Shown one piece after another: positions 51,327-60,918 of a stretch of DNA of 64,000 bases. Below the pieces are notes generated by a model. The model was given only the letters and a program-made list of their open reading frames with translations. It did no database searches and was not told the DNA's origin. Source of the stretch: Gemmatimonadota bacterium (GTDB taxonomy: Bacteria; Gemmatimonadota; Gemmatimonadetes; Gemmatimonadales; GWC2-71-9); contig JAZDCY010000046.1 in assembly GCA_036679645.1 (NCBI GenBank), positions 1 to 64,000 on the forward strand, written 5' to 3'. A program made the position numbers and the translations under genes. Numbering within the stretch: the stretch's first letter is position 1; each line of letters opens with the position of its first letter.

Positions 51327-51833
51327 CTACCCGAACGGATTCTCGTCCGCGGTCACCCCATAGGTCACGGGCACGGGCACCTCGAGCAGGCGCAGGTATA
51401 CTGAGAGTTGTCCGCGGTGGTGGTACCAGTGATTCAGCAGGAGCGTACGGATCATCCCGATGCGCGGGACGGACCAGATCGCCTCGCCGCCCTTGCGGAG
51501 TTGCCACTCGGCAGATGCTGTCGCGTCATCCATCGTACCCATCCACTGGGTCGCGGTCGCCAACCCCTGATCGAGTGCGGTCATGATCTCGTCCTTGGAC
51601 GACGGGCTTGCGGGCGTGAAATCGGCATCTTCGACGTCGACCGCCTCCGCCGAGAGGAGCCCGCTGATGGCCGCAGGTAGTCCCGCCACGTGCAGGGCGA
51701 GCTGACCGAGCGTCATCGACTTGTCATGCGGTTTCCAGGTGAGCTTATCGGCGGGCACGCGCTCCAACAGACGGCGCGTCGCGTCGGCCTCCTGGGCCAA
51801 CTCCGCAATGAACGGCTCGAGTAACTGAGACAT
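51327..51833 (-). CDS. DinB family protein
   Basis: WKPH.KSM.LGQLALH, NH.YHHRGQL.VYLR, YG..ADE. Confidence 0.9.
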   Translation of the reverse strand: MSQLLEPFIAELAQEADATRRLLERVPADKLTWKPHDKSMTLGQLALHVAGLPAAISGLLSAEAVDVEDADFTPASPSSKDEIMTALDQGLATATQWMGTMDDATASAEWQLRKGGEAIWSVPRIGMIRTLLLNHWYHHRGQLSVYLRLLEVPVPVTYGVTADENPFG

Positions 51834-51933
51834 CTGAATTCCCTTACGGTGAGAGGACCATTTCGTAGTGCCGATCTCGATCCGTTCCTCTTGTCAGGCC
51901 ACTGACGCCGGCGGCGAGCGCTCGACGATGTCG

Positions 51934-52128
51934 CTACGCGGTGCTCCCTCCCAGCCACCCCACCAGGAGCCGGCGAGCCTCGCGTTCGTCCCCATCCTCG
52001 AGGACGCATACCGTCGGCCGGCTCTCGGCATCGGCGTTGCCCACGGCGGCCGCCACGCCTTCTCGCCGGAGGAGGTCGCACACCAGTTCGGCGTCGGCCA
52101 CGCTAGCGGCCACGTAGACTTCTCTCAC
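51934..52128 (-). CDS. Small DUF2007-like protein
   Basis: VY.A.SV.DAELV..LL.REGV...V.V.E.....ARRLL pattern. Confidence 0.55.
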   Translation of the reverse strand: MREVYVAASVADAELVCDLLRREGVAAAVGNADAESRPTVCVLEDGDEREARRLLVGWLGGSTA

Positions 52129-52207
52129 GATCCCCTCGAAGTCATCACGCGAATATCATAGCTCCGGTGCCGCCGCATTCCAGTATGTCAGGTCACAGGC
52201 GGTACCG

Positions 52208-52495
52208 CTACACCCTATCCACCACGATCATCTCGGCAGAGGAGCACGCGGAGCGGATCTCCCGCGCACGCGTGTATGCATCGGATGCCCACCACTCCTT
52301 GGCCCGCTGCACTGTCGGGAATTCGAGGACAACGATCCGACCTGGTTCGCGATTGCCCTCGAGCACTTCAGCCGATCCACCGCGGACGACAAAGCTGCCC
52401 CCAAAAGCGGTAACGGTGGGCCCCGCCAGTTCCTTGTATCGCTCGTACTGCTTCGGATCGTGCACCTGGATCTCGACGATGATGTAGGCAGGCAT
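52208..52495 (-). CDS. DUF1330 family protein
   Basis: MPAYII, FGG.F.VRGG..EVLEG, VVLEFP, WW.S.AY. Confidence 0.88.
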   Translation of the reverse strand: MPAYIIVEIQVHDPKQYERYKELAGPTVTAFGGSFVVRGGSAEVLEGNREPGRIVVLEFPTVQRAKEWWASDAYTRAREIRSACSSAEMIVVDRV

Positions 52496-52565
52496 CTATC
52501 CCGTCTCCTTCGGTGCGTCGACGTGGACTCGCGTGGGCACGACCCGCGAAACGTAGTCGGATGGA

Positions 52566-53021
52566 CTAGTCCTGATGCAAGCTCCCGTCGATGAACTTGA
52601 GATTGTACTTCAGGCGATCGATCCGCCAGCCGGCACCCGTGCGCACCAGGTGAAACTCGTAGCTCCCCACAAACCGGCGCGTGCTGTTCCCAGACGGATT
52701 CGGCACGTGGTGGAAGGCGGTCCCGTAGCAAAACGCATCGGCCTCGTCGCCCCGCACCGTAACGCGGAAGTTGCCGGTCTGATGGTGTACGGCGGCAATC
52801 GGGGTCAGGGCGTCTTCCCATGCCCCGACGATCTGTTCCGGCGTCAGGTTCGCCGGATCTCCCCCGGACATGGAGGTCATGTCGAACAGCACCTCAGGGG
52901 AGAACCACCACCGCACCTTGGCCCAGTCCTTTTCATCCGTCGCGATGAACAGACCGTTGATCGTCGCAATAACCGCAGCCTTGTCTTCGAGTGTCGCAAC
53001 CCGTTCTTCCATTTCACCCAT
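52566..53021 (-). CDS. SnoaL-like NTF2-fold protein
   Basis: D.KDW...F, HH..GN..V...GDEA, G.Y...LVR...GWRI. Confidence 0.82.
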   Translation of the reverse strand: MGEMEERVATLEDKAAVIATINGLFIATDEKDWAKVRWWFSPEVLFDMTSMSGGDPANLTPEQIVGAWEDALTPIAAVHHQTGNFRVTVRGDEADAFCYGTAFHHVPNPSGNSTRRFVGSYEFHLVRTGAGWRIDRLKYNLKFIDGSLHQD

Positions 53022-54311
53022 TCAGGACTCCTCGTCTTCCTCGAACTCCTCGTCCTTGAGTCGAAACTGTGCCGCCAGCTCCTGGTCGTCCTCGAGGCCC
53101 AGCACCCGCTTAGCGACGTACTCTCCGATGACCGGACCGAACTTGAACCCTTCCGCAGATCCGCCACCAGCCAGCCACACGTTCTGGAAGTCCGGATGCC
53201 GGTCGATGATGAAGTTCCGATCGATACTGCGCTCGTAATGGCAGGCCCGTGTCTCGAGAATGGGCGCACCCACGAGATCGGGGAAGTAGTCTTCGAGAAT
53301 CTGGCGTGGTCGGCGATGATACTCTTTGTCCACCCACCGGTCACTGTAGTCCGGATCCTCCGGCGGACGTCCCCCGGTCCGCACGCGGAATCCACGATGG
53401 TCCGGCGTGAGCGCCGGCCACCCGGTGCAACTGGGGACCCCATAACTCGGCATGTTGGGGTACATGAAACGCGTGTCCCCCGGCGGCACCCCAAAATAGA
53501 AGGTGTGTCCCATGGAGATCCTGAGCCGCTTTCCCATGAGGGCGGGAAACACCTTGGGGAACCATGGGCCGCACGCGAACACGAACTGTGCCGCAGACAT
53601 CGCGTCTCCGCTTCCCAGCCGGACGTTCCCTAACGTCGAACCGCTCCGGTCGCCGAAGGTTGCGCGACCAATGGAGATCGCTCCGCCCTCTTCCAGGTAG
53701 ACCGCCGCGACCGATTCGATCGCCCGCCGCGCGCGCACGACGCCGGCACCGGGTTCGTACAGCGCGACGTTCATGGCATCGAGACGAATCCACGGCCAGC
53801 GGCGGGCAACTTCGTCCATCGTCAAGATCTCGTACGACGTCCCAGCCGCATCCCAGTTGGCTTGGGTATCCTCGAGGTACGGCTCCATCTCGTCTCGCAG
53901 GATGAGGTCGCCCGTATTGAAGAACAGGCGCGGGAGGAGCCGTTCCTGGTGTTCCGCGTCCCAACGCGTCCACCGATCGATGGCCTCGTTGGCCCAGCGC
54001 GCCCACAGCAGACCATGGGGTCGATCACCATACGACGAGCGAACACCACGCGTCTCGCCACCGGACGTCTGCCGGGAGTTCCCGGCACCGTACAGGTCCA
54101 CGACCGCCACTGCCGCGCCGAGCCGCTGTAGGTAGAGCGCAGTCCACATGCCGAACGACCCCGCACCGATCACAACGACGTCGGGCGCCTGTTTGCTGAG
54201 AGCGGCGCTTGGCGATCGACGGGCCGGCGCAGGAGCGGCTGGTGCGCCGCCCGCCACGCTCAGCCCGGCTCCCGCAGCGACCTGCAGGAACCCTCGCCGG
54301 TCGATGGTCAA
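53022..54311 (-). CDS. Tat-exported FAD-dependent oxidoreductase (sarcosine oxidase/DAO family)
   Basis: DRRGFLQ Tat motif, VIGAGSFG, TSGGETR..R..Y, ACGPW, C.YE...D..FIID, G.GFKFGP. Confidence 0.88.
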   Translation of the reverse strand: MTIDRRGFLQVAAGAGLSVAGGAPAAPAPARRSPSAALSKQAPDVVVIGAGSFGMWTALYLQRLGAAVAVVDLYGAGNSRQTSGGETRGVRSSYGDRPHGLLWARWANEAIDRWTRWDAEHQERLLPRLFFNTGDLILRDEMEPYLEDTQANWDAAGTSYEILTMDEVARRWPWIRLDAMNVALYEPGAGVVRARRAIESVAAVYLEEGGAISIGRATFGDRSGSTLGNVRLGSGDAMSAAQFVFACGPWFPKVFPALMGKRLRISMGHTFYFGVPPGDTRFMYPNMPSYGVPSCTGWPALTPDHRGFRVRTGGRPPEDPDYSDRWVDKEYHRRPRQILEDYFPDLVGAPILETRACHYERSIDRNFIIDRHPDFQNVWLAGGGSAEGFKFGPVIGEYVAKRVLGLEDDQELAAQFRLKDEEFEEDEES

Positions 54312-54757
54312 CGCTTCTGCGCTCCGGGTCCCAGAGGTATCACGTCCATGGCCTCCTCGGTGGCGCGCAGTTCGGTGGCACCATCCGTGTAGTCATTGAG
54401 TGAAAGGACATATGCGATCACGTCCGCATAGGTCTGGTCAGGAAGAATGCCCGGAAAGTCCTCGGGCATCGTCTCGCGCATGCGGCGAAACAAATCCCAC
54501 GCCGTACTGCGGCGCCACTCCCACTCAAAATCGCGGCCGCGAAAATCTGATACCGAGTGACATTCGCCACAGTCGAGCCGAAACACTGCGCGGCCCCGGG
54601 CGGCCTGTTTCACGGTGTAGAACCCTCGGGACGACCCGGGAGACAGATCACGTACCGGTTCCGTGTCAGCCCGCGTTCCCGCATGCACACATGCGGCACA
54701 CACGACGAGCCCGGCGACTCCGACAACGCTCATACCGCGTTTCCGCCTGTCCGCCAT
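54308..54757 (-). CDS. Monoheme cytochrome c
   Basis: Hydrophobic leader, QA.RG...F...CGECH, TMPED.PG.L, YADV.AYV. Confidence 0.85.
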   Translation of the reverse strand: MADRRKRGMSVVGVAGLVVCAACVHAGTRADTEPVRDLSPGSSRGFYTVKQAARGRAVFRLDCGECHSVSDFRGRDFEWEWRRSTAWDLFRRMRETMPEDFPGILPDQTYADVIAYVLSLNDYTDGATELRATEEAMDVIPLGPGAQKR

Positions 54758-54763
54758 TCCTCG

Positions 54764-55810
54764 CTAGTCTACCACCGCGAACTTCTGTACACGCATCCCG
54801 AGCCACACCTCGCCGACGTATACGCCACCGTCCATATCGACCGAAATGGCATGAGGCCACGCGAACTGACCGGCGTACTGACCGAACGACCCCCACGTAT
54901 CGAGAATGTTGCCATCCAGATCCATACGATGCACGCGGGCCCGATCGAGCGGGAGCGTGTCCGGGCGGTCGGAGCGATACTGGGAGTTGTTCCAGTAGTC
55001 GCCGCCGTCCACCACATACAGCAATCCGTCTCCGGCGATTTCGAGTGCCCACGGGCGCCCCAGGGCCTCACTCCTCCACTGATCGATGAACGTGCCGTCC
55101 GGCTCGAACACCTGTATGCGTGAGTTGCTCCGGTCGGCTACGTAGATGCGACCCTGCGCGTCCAGGGTGATATCGTGTGGGAGTCGGAACTGTCCTGGCC
55201 GGTCTCCCTCCTCTCCCCAATCAAAGAGGAAATCTCCGTCGGCTGAGAACTTCGCAACTCGAGAGTTCCCGTAGCCATCGGTGATGTAGACCGATCCATC
55301 GCCCGCGATGGCGACGTTGGTCACGCCATCGAAGTGCGTCGCATCGTTACCGCGCACGCCCGCTTCGCCGAGCGTGAGGACAACCTCGCCCTCGGGCGAG
55401 AGCTTGAACACCTGATGCAGACGTGTGTCGGTGACCCAGATGTTATCATCTGCGTCGACGGCGAGTCCATGCGGGTTTTCAAAGAGACCCGCACCCAGCG
55501 AGTCGATCACCTCTCCGCTCGCGGCATCGATGCGAAGGATCGTGGGCCGCGCGATGGGCCCCTCCCCGTCGAGCCAACTCCGATCCGCGCGATGGAACAC
55601 GATCACTTCGTTGCGCGAGTTGACCGCGAGACCTGCCACCCGGCCTAGACGGTATCCCACCGGCAGGATCGGCCAATCGTTCACGACATGGTAGCCACCA
55701 CCGTCTTCTCCTGCCGCACTCGACTCGGCGACTCCACAGGCATCAATAGCGGGCAGCGATGCGACCGCACCCAGAAGAGCCAGCGCGTGGAATGTGGTGC
55801 GACTCGTCAT
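54764..55810 (-). CDS. NHL-repeat peptidyl-alpha-hydroxyglycine alpha-amidating lyase (PAL)-like protein
   Basis: Leader peptide; PHG, DGYGNSR, PHD, ADRSNSRIQ, PHA. Confidence 0.85.
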   Translation of the reverse strand: MTSRTTFHALALLGAVASLPAIDACGVAESSAAGEDGGGYHVVNDWPILPVGYRLGRVAGLAVNSRNEVIVFHRADRSWLDGEGPIARPTILRIDAASGEVIDSLGAGLFENPHGLAVDADDNIWVTDTRLHQVFKLSPEGEVVLTLGEAGVRGNDATHFDGVTNVAIAGDGSVYITDGYGNSRVAKFSADGDFLFDWGEEGDRPGQFRLPHDITLDAQGRIYVADRSNSRIQVFEPDGTFIDQWRSEALGRPWALEIAGDGLLYVVDGGDYWNNSQYRSDRPDTLPLDRARVHRMDLDGNILDTWGSFGQYAGQFAWPHAISVDMDGGVYVGEVWLGMRVQKFAVVD

Positions 55811-56682
55811 GACGGACTCCTTCCATCTTCCATCGCCACGATGTGATTACGAAGGACACCCAAATGCTCGATCTCCACCTCGACGACATCGCCCGCCTGC
55901 ATCCGGCGCCGCGCACCCTCGACGCGGCCTACCGTACCCGTGAAGATGAGATCCCCGGGTTCGAGCGTGACGTATCTGCTGATGTAGCTGATCAATGCCG
56001 GCACGCCATTCGCCAGCTCGCTGGTGCGGCCACGTTGTACGACTTCACCGTTGAGACGAACCTCGACGGCCAGATCGGTGAACTCCACACCCGTTACAAT
56101 CGCAGGACCGATTGGCGCCCACGAATCGGTCCCTTTGGAGATCATCCGGGTCGGCTGCTCCGTCCCTTGTCGCTCGCCGTACCACGTGTTTTCGCTGAAG
56201 TCATTGCCCACCGTCACCCCGAACACGTAGTCCATCGCATCGGCTTCGGCAATGTGGCGTCCTTCCCGGCCAATGACCAGCACCAGCTCACCCTCGTAGT
56301 TGAGGTTCCGTGCTTCGGGCGGCAACTCCACAGGATCACCCGGCCCACGGATACTCGTCGGGAACTTCGCAAAAAACCGCGGGTGCGGGATTGGCCCGTC
56401 ACGCCCTGCCCCCAGTGTGTTGACCGCCACACCGATCACTTTGTGTACGTCTGCGGGATCGATGGGGGCCAGCAGCTCCACGTCACCCATCGCAAATGTG
56501 CGACCGGTCGGTTGCGGTGACTGGAGCAGATCACCACGCAGTTCACGTACGGTCTCTCCCTCGAGGATCCCGTACGCCACCCACCCATCTCGCGAGAAGC
56601 GTACGTATCTGGTCTGTGCTTCGACAGGCACCGCGGTACTCAACACCACGGCGCACGACAAAACGGCAAGCAGCTTCTGCAT
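55807..56682 (-). CDS. Fumarylacetoacetate hydrolase family protein with apparent signal peptide
   Basis: MQKLLAVLSCAVVLSTAVPVEA-Q; YEGEL, GND.SE, SKG.D, LEPGDLIFTGT. Confidence 0.85.
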   Translation of the reverse strand: MQKLLAVLSCAVVLSTAVPVEAQTRYVRFSRDGWVAYGILEGETVRELRGDLLQSPQPTGRTFAMGDVELLAPIDPADVHKVIGVAVNTLGAGRDGPIPHPRFFAKFPTSIRGPGDPVELPPEARNLNYEGELVLVIGREGRHIAEADAMDYVFGVTVGNDFSENTWYGERQGTEQPTRMISKGTDSWAPIGPAIVTGVEFTDLAVEVRLNGEVVQRGRTSELANGVPALISYISRYVTLEPGDLIFTGTVGRVEGARRRMQAGDVVEVEIEHLGVLRNHIVAMEDGRSPS

Positions 56683-56737
56683 TCGTAGCTCTACCTTCCC
56701 GTCCGCGCGCGACGGACCATGACCATCCATGACACGC

Positions 56738-58693
56738 TCACTGCGGCAGCCGTAGCGCCACAAGCTCGGCTTCGACACCTGGACCCGCAACCGCCGTGAC
56801 GATGTACTGCGTCCCGTGAAACATGTATGTCATCAGAGCGGTGTTCGTCGTAGCCGGCAACGCAATCCGCGCAATCTCTTCCCCGCTCCGCTTGTCGACC
56901 GCGTGAAGCCACGGATCCCCGCGCCGTCCCTCTCCGTAAAAGAGTAGGGAGCGAGTCGTCAGGATATCCGCATGCGATCGCTTGCCCGTCGTGGGAAGCT
57001 CGACGCCTCGGAGCGCCGGGTGATTGGTGAGAGATGCCGGCGTATCTCCGTTCGGGATACGCCACAGATGATCTCCGGTCGAGAGATCTATGGCCACGAT
57101 ACTCCCGTACGGCGGTTTGAGCAGTTCGAGCGCCATGGGCCCGCGAATCCCGCCGGGTCCCGTCGAGACGAATTCTGCGGTCGACTCACGTTGCGGCCCG
57201 GGCACCAATGAGATCACGCTGTGCCCGCGCTCGGTGGCGACGTAGAGAACGCCCGTCTCCGGATCCACCGACGACCCACCCGGGATGTTCGCTCCCCCAT
57301 TCGCTCCGGGCACAACGAACGTGCCTTTGGTGCCGTCCGCCGCGTCAGCCAGAGACGGCGGTGTAAACAGCGGCCCCATGCGGTATTGATGAGCCAACTC
57401 GAGCGCCAGCGCGCGGAGCTCAGGAGTGAAGTCGATGAGGTCGTCGTCAGTGATGCCCTGTAGCTCGAACGCCGCCGGTCTGGTGACATGCGGCTGCGTC
57501 GGCCACGTGCGCTCGTTGGGCAGATCGGACTGTGCCACCGGGCGTTCCTCGATAGGCCAGACCGGCTCGCCCGTCTCCCGGTTGAACACATAGGCCCAAC
57601 CCTGTTTCGTCGTCTCGATCACCATCGGCACGAGACGGCCGTCGACCGTCACGTCCACGACCTTGGGTGCGTTGGGATTATCGTAATTCCACACGTCGTG
57701 GTGCACCAGTTGGAAGTGCCATACGCGTTCGCCTGTTGCCGCATTCAACGCGATGAGACTCGTGCCATAGAGGTTCATGCCCGGACGCTCACCACCGTAG
57801 TAGTCGTTCGTCGGTGTATCGGTCGGGATGAAGACGAGACCGCGCTGCGAGTCCGCCGACAACGGTGCCCACGATGAGACATTGCCCGTGTAGGACCAGG
57901 AATCGTCCTCCCATGTGTCGTTCCCGAACTCGCCCGGTAGTGGTACGACGTGGAAGGTCCACCGAAGCATCCCGGTTCGCGCATCGTATCCGCGGACGTG
58001 ACCGGGAATGTTCTCGCGCTTGTTGGGGTAGTACCCGCGATCGTGCGAGTTCCCAACCACGATCACTCCGTTGACCACGATGGGCGGAGATGAGGCCGTG
58101 ATGTCGCCAAAGGCGAGGACACCGCTGTCGGGATGTACGGCATAGTCTCCCAGCCCCAAGTGCAGATCGACAATGCCGTTCAATCCGAACCGAGGAATGG
58201 GTTGGCCCGTCTCCGCGTCGAGTGCCGCGAGATAGTACCCGGGCGTAATTGTGTAGATTACACCGCGCCCGTCAACCTCGGCGAATGCGACGGCCTTCCC
58301 GTAGTTCTTCCGGGTGGATGCCTCCCACCTGGGGTTCTCGCGCATGCGCCACATCCACAGCGTCTCGCCGGTGGCGGGATCGATTGCCACGACGGCTCGC
58401 CGTTGTCCGGCGACCGTGTAGAGCGTGCCGTTCACCATGAGTGGCGTCGCCCGGTAGATGAAGTCCGGTTCCGGTCCGTAGTTGGCGGCCTTCCAACGCC
58501 ACGCCACCTCCAGCGTCGCGACATTCGTGGCGTCGATCTGATCGAGCGGCGCATACCGGCTGCTGCCCTCGTCTCCTCCCCAATAGCGCCACTCGCCGTT
58601 GGCCGTACCCTCGTGCTGTGCCTGCAACGGTTGGAAACCGAGCGCAAGAGTACACACCGCAAAACCGATCGCCTGCCGCAACGTCGAAACCAT
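56738..58693 (-). CDS. PQQ-dependent dehydrogenase (quinoprotein glucose dehydrogenase-like, no N-terminal membrane domain)
   Basis: Signal peptide, RYAPLDQI...NV..LEVAW, ATPL, WHFQLVHHDVWNYD, TKQG, PI.ERPV, KPPYG. Confidence 0.9.
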   Translation of the reverse strand: MVSTLRQAIGFAVCTLALGFQPLQAQHEGTANGEWRYWGGDEGSSRYAPLDQIDATNVATLEVAWRWKAANYGPEPDFIYRATPLMVNGTLYTVAGQRRAVVAIDPATGETLWMWRMRENPRWEASTRKNYGKAVAFAEVDGRGVIYTITPGYYLAALDAETGQPIPRFGLNGIVDLHLGLGDYAVHPDSGVLAFGDITASSPPIVVNGVIVVGNSHDRGYYPNKRENIPGHVRGYDARTGMLRWTFHVVPLPGEFGNDTWEDDSWSYTGNVSSWAPLSADSQRGLVFIPTDTPTNDYYGGERPGMNLYGTSLIALNAATGERVWHFQLVHHDVWNYDNPNAPKVVDVTVDGRLVPMVIETTKQGWAYVFNRETGEPVWPIEERPVAQSDLPNERTWPTQPHVTRPAAFELQGITDDDLIDFTPELRALALELAHQYRMGPLFTPPSLADAADGTKGTFVVPGANGGANIPGGSSVDPETGVLYVATERGHSVISLVPGPQRESTAEFVSTGPGGIRGPMALELLKPPYGSIVAIDLSTGDHLWRIPNGDTPASLTNHPALRGVELPTTGKRSHADILTTRSLLFYGEGRRGDPWLHAVDKRSGEEIARIALPATTNTALMTYMFHGTQYIVTAVAGPGVEAELVALRLPQ

Positions 58694-59104
58694 CTATTGT
58701 CTCCGTTCTATGAGGATGCGCTCGAGCCGATCCGGATCCGCAGACAGCTCGCGGGATCCGGACGGTAGACCGTTCATTTCGAAGACGTACGCGAGAACGT
58801 CGGCGTACTGCTGGCCCTTCAGACTGCCCGGACGGTCTTCGGGCATGCTCGTACTGATTACCTCGAAGAGCAAACGCACCGGAACGCCACTCCAGCTGAG
58901 GAGGAACGTCTCCGTAAAGAACTCCCGCGCGTGGCATTCCGCACAACGCTCGGAGTAGATCCGCTCGCCACGACGTGCCTGTTGCTCCGTGTACGCACCA
59001 TCCCGCAGCGAGGTCGTCGTATCGGGGCTCTGGGCACGCGCCGGACTCCCGAGCCACTGGAGACCGACGATGAGAAAAGTGGCTTTCACAACGTGATGGG
59101 GCAT
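58694..59104 (-). CDS. Monoheme cytochrome c
   Basis: Signal peptide, YTEQQARRG, CAECH, SMPEDRPGSL, YADVLAYV; paralog of 54308-54757. Confidence 0.88.
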   Translation of the reverse strand: MPHHVVKATFLIVGLQWLGSPARAQSPDTTTSLRDGAYTEQQARRGERIYSERCAECHAREFFTETFLLSWSGVPVRLLFEVISTSMPEDRPGSLKGQQYADVLAYVFEMNGLPSGSRELSADPDRLERILIERRQ

Positions 59105-59184
59105 GAGCCCTCCGAGCCGCCTTGGCCGCCTAGAGCGCCCTAAAATACTCCCCCGTTTCCCGCGGGCGGAAGGGCAAGGCCTGC

Positions 59185-59724
59185 TCAGGGATCCGACGGC
59201 AGGAAATCAGACGGGATCGGGTTCCCGGCGCGTTCGCTGTCGAAGATCCATCCGGTTACCCACCAACGCGTGCCATCGAAATACAGCTGAATGCTGTTGA
59301 TGCCTCGGCTGCGCGCTTCACCATCCGGGACATCGCTCGACACATACGTGCTCCACACGTGGGCCACGTTGCCGAACCGCTGGATGACCCGGTTGATCTC
59401 CCATTCATAAAACGGCTGCTGCCGGGGACCGCCAAAGCGGTCGTGGTACTCACCAATGGTCATGCTACGCAGAAACGGATTGCCCTCGCCGTCCACTCCG
59501 CTGATACCGACCCGTGCCCCGGGATAGTGGATGGACTCGTCTCGCGCCCGATTGGCGGGTTGTCCCGCCGGACCGGACACGCTCTCGTAGTACGCATTGA
59601 TGATGCCATCCAACGTCTCGATATCACCACGCAGCGGATACGTGGCAATGCGTTCCTGTGCAGCGGCCTCCACACTGAGTGCCAGGAACAGCGCAAGGGT
59701 CAGGCCTACCGTTCGCGTGATCAT
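59185..59724 (-). CDS. Exported NTF2-like hypothetical protein
   Basis: Signal peptide; YESVSGPAG, FYE.EI.R...FGNVAHVWSTY, RGINSIQL..DG.RWW. Confidence 0.7.
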   Translation of the reverse strand: MITRTVGLTLALFLALSVEAAAQERIATYPLRGDIETLDGIINAYYESVSGPAGQPANRARDESIHYPGARVGISGVDGEGNPFLRSMTIGEYHDRFGGPRQQPFYEWEINRVIQRFGNVAHVWSTYVSSDVPDGEARSRGINSIQLYFDGTRWWVTGWIFDSERAGNPIPSDFLPSDP

Positions 59725-59742
59725 GGCTGACGCCCGTTCAGA

Positions 59743-60222
59743 TTAGATCCTGTCCCAATCCCAGATCCCGTACTGCGCCGTCTTGTCCGCCGCGTGGCCA
59801 CTCTGCTTCAGCGTAAGCAGAATATTGCCGCGGTGGTGACTCTCGTGCGCAATGAAATAGCCGAGGTATGCCACCACACCGCGCTTGAACGCACGAATCC
59901 CCGGCGTACCATCATTGGCGTCGCGGAACAGTTGCTCGATACGCTGGGTGGAATCCTCGAGTGCAGCCTCGAGCGTACGCCGGTTGGGTTCCTCATGGGT
60001 CTCGAACACGCGTGCGCCCTCCGCCAGCGCCTTGGCGCGGCGTTGGAGGTGCCACACGCGGTTGTTATGGATATGCGCAAACTGCCGTACCACGTTGCGG
60101 CCGCCGCGCCGCGACAGCGTGCACCGCATCCCCTCATCGCCAATCGCGTCGATGAGCCGGGCGTTCACCCGATGGTTGATGTGCCACGCTTCCACGACGT
60201 CTTCGATCATCACAGACCCCAT
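59743..60222 (-). CDS. DinB family protein
   Basis: QFAHIHNNR, YFIAHESHHRG.I.L.LKQSG, YGIWDW. Confidence 0.82.
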   Translation of the reverse strand: MGSVMIEDVVEAWHINHRVNARLIDAIGDEGMRCTLSRRGGRNVVRQFAHIHNNRVWHLQRRAKALAEGARVFETHEEPNRRTLEAALEDSTQRIEQLFRDANDGTPGIRAFKRGVVAYLGYFIAHESHHRGNILLTLKQSGHAADKTAQYGIWDWDRI

Positions 60223-60225
60223 CTC

Positions 60226-60747
60226 TCACCTACGCGATATATCGTCCTCCCCTGCGGTCGCCGACCCAACAGGGTAGTGATCCGCATCGGCATACGTGAT
60301 GAGCCAATCTTCTCCGCGTCGTTCCCAGACCAAAGTGGTCGGGCCCGTCGCCTGCAGAAGATCACCGGTCTCCGTAACGATCGAGTCGCGGAACGTGAAG
60401 GATGCGACGCCCGCCGACCGACCCAACACCAGCACCTCGAGATTCGCAAAACCTGGCTCGAAGTGGGCGAACGTCCCGATCGTGCCCTGGATACCGGCCG
60501 CGACCTCGTCATAGTCCGTTCGGACACCGTCTACGTACATGTAGAACTGTGGCGCTAAGTGGGCGAGGACCCGCTCGGGGTCCCGCGCCCGCTCGGCGGC
60601 TTCGAAAGCGCGCGTCGCCGAGTCGATGCTCGTCGCAATTCCCCGGCGCTCGGCGTCACTCATTGGTGCGGTCGTCTGGCACCCTATCACGACGACGGCC
60701 GAGAGCACGAAACGCATGCACGTGACGAGACGCATCACTCGTGGCAC
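60226..60747 (-). CDS. DUF4440/SnoaL-like NTF2 lipoprotein
   Basis: VIGC lipobox-like motif; TLVWERRGEDWLI; start uncertain. Confidence 0.68.
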   Translation of the reverse strand: MPRVMRLVTCMRFVLSAVVVIGCQTTAPMSDAERRGIATSIDSATRAFEAAERARDPERVLAHLAPQFYMYVDGVRTDYDEVAAGIQGTIGTFAHFEPGFANLEVLVLGRSAGVASFTFRDSIVTETGDLLQATGPTTLVWERRGEDWLITYADADHYPVGSATAGEDDISRR

Positions 60748-60858
60748 ACCTTACTCCTTTCGACACGGCCTACCGTCCGGGCGGTCTCCCGGGCAGCAGC
60801 TGGGAGGGTCAATCTAGCAGCGAATGCCACCTCGCAACACGGTGGGCCCGCAACGCAG

Positions 60859-60890
60859 AAAACCCGCCCGCGCCGTGGCGCGAGCGGGCT
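60859..60890 (-). terminator. Intrinsic terminator after the choice-of-anchor-B-like gene
   Basis: Minus strand AGCCCGCTCGCGC-CACG-GCGCGGGCGGGTTTT. Confidence 0.65.
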
Positions 60891-60918
60891 CCGGAACCCG
60901 CCGGGATGAAGACCCGCT

